A DNA stretch of 28,091 nt from a virus. Its lineage: Duplodnaviria > Heunggongvirae > Uroviricota > Caudoviricetes. The stretch lies in IMG/VR virus record IMGVR_UViG_2571042206_000004; one strand, written 5' to 3'. Shown one piece after another: positions 24,808-28,091 of the stretch (positions are counted from its first letter, which is position 1; the number at the start of each line of letters is the position of its first letter). The position numbers and the translations under genes were made by a program. The notes beneath the pieces were generated by a model. The model was not told where the DNA came from. It worked only from the letters and a program-made list of their open reading frames with translations, and ran no database searches.

Positions 24808-26865
24808 ATGAACAATCGCATTGCTAATTTACGCAACGCTATCGTTGCAATCACAAATGCTCTCATTGAGAAAAAAATTGAAGTAACTCAAATAGGTATG
24901 GAAGCATACGTCAAGTCTGACATTAATGGAAATCCGATTTCTATCAATTTACCGTACCTTTCGGACAATGCATCAGAAGAACTTATAAGAGCAATACAGG
25001 GATTCTTAGATCATGAGGTTGCACATGTTCTTTTCTCTGATTTTAAAGCCCTAAATAGCGTTGGCGATTACCTTTTAAAAAGTCTCGCAAATATTTTAGA
25101 AGACGCCCGCATCGAAAAATGCATGGCTGAAAAATTTAGAGGTTCTGGTTCTAACTTAGATCACACCGCACACTTCTTTTTAGAAGAGATGATTACTCCG
25201 AAATTTAAAGAAGTTATGGCGCATCCCGATGTTGATGAAACAAAGATTATGGGTATCTTGGCCACTCCATATCTCCGCAGCCTTTCGGGTCAATCAACTT
25301 TTGAAATTTATATGCGCGACAAGATTCATTTGTTGCCAAATATTCATGCTGCCATCAAACACCTTGCGCCACAACTTCAATCAATGCAGTCGTCTCAGGA
25401 TGCCGTTCGCTTAGCTAAAGAAATTTACAAAGCTCTAAAAAGTCCCGAAGACGAGAAACAACCCCCGCAAGATCAACAACAGGAAGAAGAATGTGATCAA
25501 CAAGGAAATGGTCAATCTAACGAAGATGAAGATGAGCAACCAGGCGGCTCAGGTGGCGGAAATTCTGACGAAGATGAAGGTTCAGATGCAGACGGTCAGC
25601 AAGGCGCTGGTGAGGGAGATGATGGCGATTCTGAAGAAGATGGTGCCGGTGAGTCTTCAGGCGATGCTGATGAGCAAGACGAACAAGGTGATGGAGGTAA
25701 AGGCGGTCAATCCGAAGATGAGGATGGTGGGAACGAATCAGATGGTAAAAGTGAGCGCCACCAAAATAAGTCTGACAAATCGAATGGTAAGGGCGACAGC
25801 AATGAAGGCAACGAGTCTAGCGACTCTGAGAATCAGACGTCAGAAAAGAAAAAGGAATTAAGAAAGCTTAATTTAGACGCTAAGGCGATTTTGCAAGAGA
25901 TCGACAAGGAGTCAGCGAATGATTTTGACGCCTCGTTTGCCGTTCAGTTAAGCAATGAAGCAAAAGACTTTGCTTGCACTGCGCCATATCTCGTTTATAC
26001 AAACAGATATGACGTTATCGAAACATTAAAAATTGGCAGAGATTACAAATCGTCCTTTATGGATGATTTAGATAGAGCAACCAATAAAATTACGGGAACA
26101 ATTCAAAAAGATTTGGAACGTCTTATGGTTGCTCGATCAGCAAGAACATGGGAGAACGGTTTACGGCAAGGAAAAATTAACCAGGCGTCACTTTCTCGTT
26201 TAGCTGTTAGAGACGACCGTATATTCCGTCGCAAACAAGAGAATCGTTCCAAAGATGTCGCTGTAACCCTCTTAATTGACTGTTCAGGTTCAATGAAGGG
26301 CGAACGCATTAACACAGCCTCTCAAGCGTCATATGCAATGTCATCTGTTCTTGACCGTCTCAACATTAATCATGAAGTTATTGGATTCACAACTAAAAAC
26401 GGTGATCCACACGCAAAAGAAAGCTTTACGCATAATGGCAAAACGATTCGATACACAAGAACGGAAGGTTTATATATGCCAGTCATTAAAGGGTTTAATG
26501 AGCGCTTAACGCTCGAAAACCGCCATCGTTTTGCATGGTTGCCTCATGTTAGGTTCTTAAACACGAATGTTGATGGGGAGTGTCTTCAAATTGCGGCACA
26601 GCGGCTAAGCGCTCAAAAAGAAGCACGGAAAATCATTATGGTGTTAAGTGATGGTAATCCAAATGGTAGCGGCCCGACCCCAACGCTAAACAAACACCTC
26701 AAAACAACCGTTCAGGAAATTTCTCGCTCAGGATTTGAAGTTATTGGAATTGGAATCAATACGCAAAGCGTAAAAGAGTTCTATCCAAAAAATGTCGTTT
26801 TGAGATCTGTTGCCGACTTACCTAACACGGTTATTGGCGAGCTTCGCTCATTACTTCTCAAGTAA
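24808..26865 (+). CDS. CobT-like protein: N-terminal zincin-like HExxH domain, acidic disordered linker, C-terminal vWA domain
   Basis: HEVAH (25012-25026) with downstream NILEDARIE; D/E/G/Q-rich ~25440-25850; MIDAS DCSGS (26278-26292); VLSDG. Confidence 0.88.
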   Translation: MNNRIANLRNAIVAITNALIEKKIEVTQIGMEAYVKSDINGNPISINLPYLSDNASEELIRAIQGFLDHEVAHVLFSDFKALNSVGDYLLKSLANILEDARIEKCMAEKFRGSGSNLDHTAHFFLEEMITPKFKEVMAHPDVDETKIMGILATPYLRSLSGQSTFEIYMRDKIHLLPNIHAAIKHLAPQLQSMQSSQDAVRLAKEIYKALKSPEDEKQPPQDQQQEEECDQQGNGQSNEDEDEQPGGSGGGNSDEDEGSDADGQQGAGEGDDGDSEEDGAGESSGDADEQDEQGDGGKGGQSEDEDGGNESDGKSERHQNKSDKSNGKGDSNEGNESSDSENQTSEKKKELRKLNLDAKAILQEIDKESANDFDASFAVQLSNEAKDFACTAPYLVYTNRYDVIETLKIGRDYKSSFMDDLDRATNKITGTIQKDLERLMVARSARTWENGLRQGKINQASLSRLAVRDDRIFRRKQENRSKDVAVTLLIDCSGSMKGERINTASQASYAMSSVLDRLNINHEVIGFTTKNGDPHAKESFTHNGKTIRYTRTEGLYMPVIKGFNERLTLENRHRFAWLPHVRFLNTNVDGECLQIAAQRLSAQKEARKIIMVLSDGNPNGSGPTPTLNKHLKTTVQEISRSGFEVIGIGINTQSVKEFYPKNVVLRSVADLPNTVIGELRSLLLK

Positions 26866-26901
26866 TTCGTGAGCAAGATAGTCAGTTGGGGTTATTTAAA
26901 T

Positions 26902-26923
26902 AATCAGTCAGTACTGACTATCT
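26902..26923. promoter_or_regulatory. Class II operator E
   Basis: AATCAGTCA-GTAC-TGACTATCT. It is also one arm of a 12-bp inverted repeat, AAGATAGTCAGT (26875-26886) / ACTGACTATCTT (26913-26924). Confidence 0.75.
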
Positions 26924-27004
26924 TTTCCTAGAAGATATTAGTATCATTCACGCATATTCAAAAGACAAAGTTTTGTCAAAATCTATCTTTGTGAGATTTA
27001 AAAA

Positions 27005-28091
27005 ATGACTGTAAATCAAAATGAAACAATCGCATGCGAAATTTGTAAAGCTCAAGTGCATTCTATACCTCATCACCTTAATACTGATCACCCAAAGGTG
27101 ACTTTTAAGAATTATAAATCTTCTTATCCTAATGCACCGACCCAATCGCCAGCTTTAATCGAGCGCATCAGAATGAAAGCGGAAGAGCAGAAGAAAAAGG
27201 CTCAAGAACAAGCGGCAGCTCAGCCAGCTCAACCAAGTTCGGTAATTCAAAAGCCGGGTTCGTTCGTCGCTAAAGACACCTTAGTTGCGCGTAATTTACA
27301 TGAAATTTTTGAAATCTCTGGCCCAGAAGGTAAAAACGCACAGGGTGATCCAATCCCAGTATCTTGTATTGAGAACTCATCATCACCAGACATGGTGCCT
27401 GAAATTAACAACACATACGTTTTTGAAATTGATGTGTTGAAAAATACCCTTATCGCGCTTGAACTGAATATTCCTTTTTATGTTTGGGGCCACAAAGGTA
27501 CTGGTAAAACAGAACTTATTGATCAGGTGGCTGCAAGAACTGGTCGACCAGTCGTTCGTATTCAGCACACCGCCAATACAGAAGAAGCACATATCGTCGG
27601 CATGTGGACTGTAGTTGATGGAAACATGACTTTCCAACTTGGGCCGTTGGCGTTAGCGATGAAGCATGGCTGGTTATATCTTGCTGACGAATATGACTTT
27701 GCGCAGCCAAGTGTATTGTCTGTTTATCAAGCTGTTATGGAAGGTAAGCCGCTCAACATTAAAGAAGCTGACCCTGAAAATCGCATTATCAAACCTCATC
27801 CAAATTTCCGCTTCTGTGCGACGGGTAACACCAATGGTACGGGTGATGAAACAGGTTTGTATTCAGGAACAACCATTCAAAACACGGCGAACTATGACCG
27901 CTTTGGCATGGTGATGGAAAAGCATTACATGTCTAAAGAAGATGAAGCAAAAGCCATTGTACGTCACACACAAATTGACCCAATAGATGCGAAAAATCTA
28001 GTTGAGTTTGCAACTAAGGTGCGCGCTGCTTATAGCAATAAAGAAATTAGCGATACGATTTCTTTGCGCTCTCTAATCTATGCGGCGAAAT
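27005..28091 (+). CDS. CobS/MoxR-like AAA+ ATPase with N-terminal C2H2-like zinc finger (3'-truncated; not in the ORF track)
   Basis: Hand translation from ATG 27005 is open to the window end. It gives CEIC...HLNTDH, Walker A WGHKGTGKT (~27485), Walker B LADEYD, sensor I ATGNT and Arg finger DRF. Confidence 0.92.
   Translation, partial: MTVNQNETIACEICKAQVHSIPHHLNTDHPKVTFKNYKSSYPNAPTQSPALIERIRMKAEEQKKKAQEQAAAQPAQPSSVIQKPGSFVAKDTLVARNLHEIFEISGPEGKNAQGDPIPVSCIENSSSPDMVPEINNTYVFEIDVLKNTLIALELNIPFYVWGHKGTGKTELIDQVAARTGRPVVRIQHTANTEEAHIVGMWTVVDGNMTFQLGPLALAMKHGWLYLADEYDFAQPSVLSVYQAVMEGKPLNIKEADPENRIIKPHPNFRFCATGNTNGTGDETGLYSGTTIQNTANYDRFGMVMEKHYMSKEDEAKAIVRHTQIDPIDAKNLVEFATKVRAAYSNKEISDTISLRSLIYAAK

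Larger units (their letters stand above)
1..28091. mobile_element. Phage-plasmid (plasmid-like prophage) segment, probably Acinetobacter, SSU5/pHCM2-related type
   Basis: Virion and lysis genes (tail tip, holin, endolysin) co-occur with plasmid functions (Rep_3, iterons, ParA) and phage replication genes (helicase, primase, ligase). No host housekeeping genes or integration junction are present. The family assignment is from recalled gene order, not a database search. Confidence 0.9.

Noticed and set aside
25493-25861. 122-aa alternative-frame ORF inside the vWA gene
   Set aside because: It is a shadow of the GAT/GAA-rich low-complexity linker. The other nested and antisense track ORFs were dismissed likewise, as they lack RBS or motifs and lie within strong genes.
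24808-28091. Cobalamin biosynthesis (cobaltochelatase CobST)
   Set aside because: There is no cobN or pathway context, and the extra HExxH and zinc-finger domains plus the phage context point to a different role.

Overview
This is a 28-kb piece of an AT-rich phage-plasmid (plasmid-like prophage), probably from Acinetobacter. Gene content and order recall the ~110-kb pABTJ2/'AB' elements related to SSU5/pHCM2; that assignment is from memory of the family and was not searched. Left to right it contains: (1) the distal part of a giant modular tail-tip/central-fibre gene, split by an apparent 4-bp duplication at ~850, plus tail accessory genes; (2) a lysis cassette of holin, GH24 endolysin and an unannotated 38-aa lipoprotein; (3) a plasmid origin with DnaA boxes, 15 helically phased iterons and a Rep_3 initiator; (4) a phage replication operon with an Hfq/Sm-like protein, DnaB-like helicase, primase, four hypotheticals, ATP-dependent ligase and guanylate kinase; (5) a ParA/RHH partition locus and a small tyrosine recombinase with a candidate crossover site; (6) an XRE repressor with five 22-bp palindromic operators; (7) a CobT-like metallopeptidase-vWA / CobS-like MoxR AAA+ pair that runs off the window. 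No CRISPR array, tRNA, rRNA, IS or resistance gene was seen. The most unusual items are the Hfq-like gene, the micro-lipoprotein in the spanin position, the two operator networks, the tail-gene frameshift and the protease-vWA/AAA+ module.
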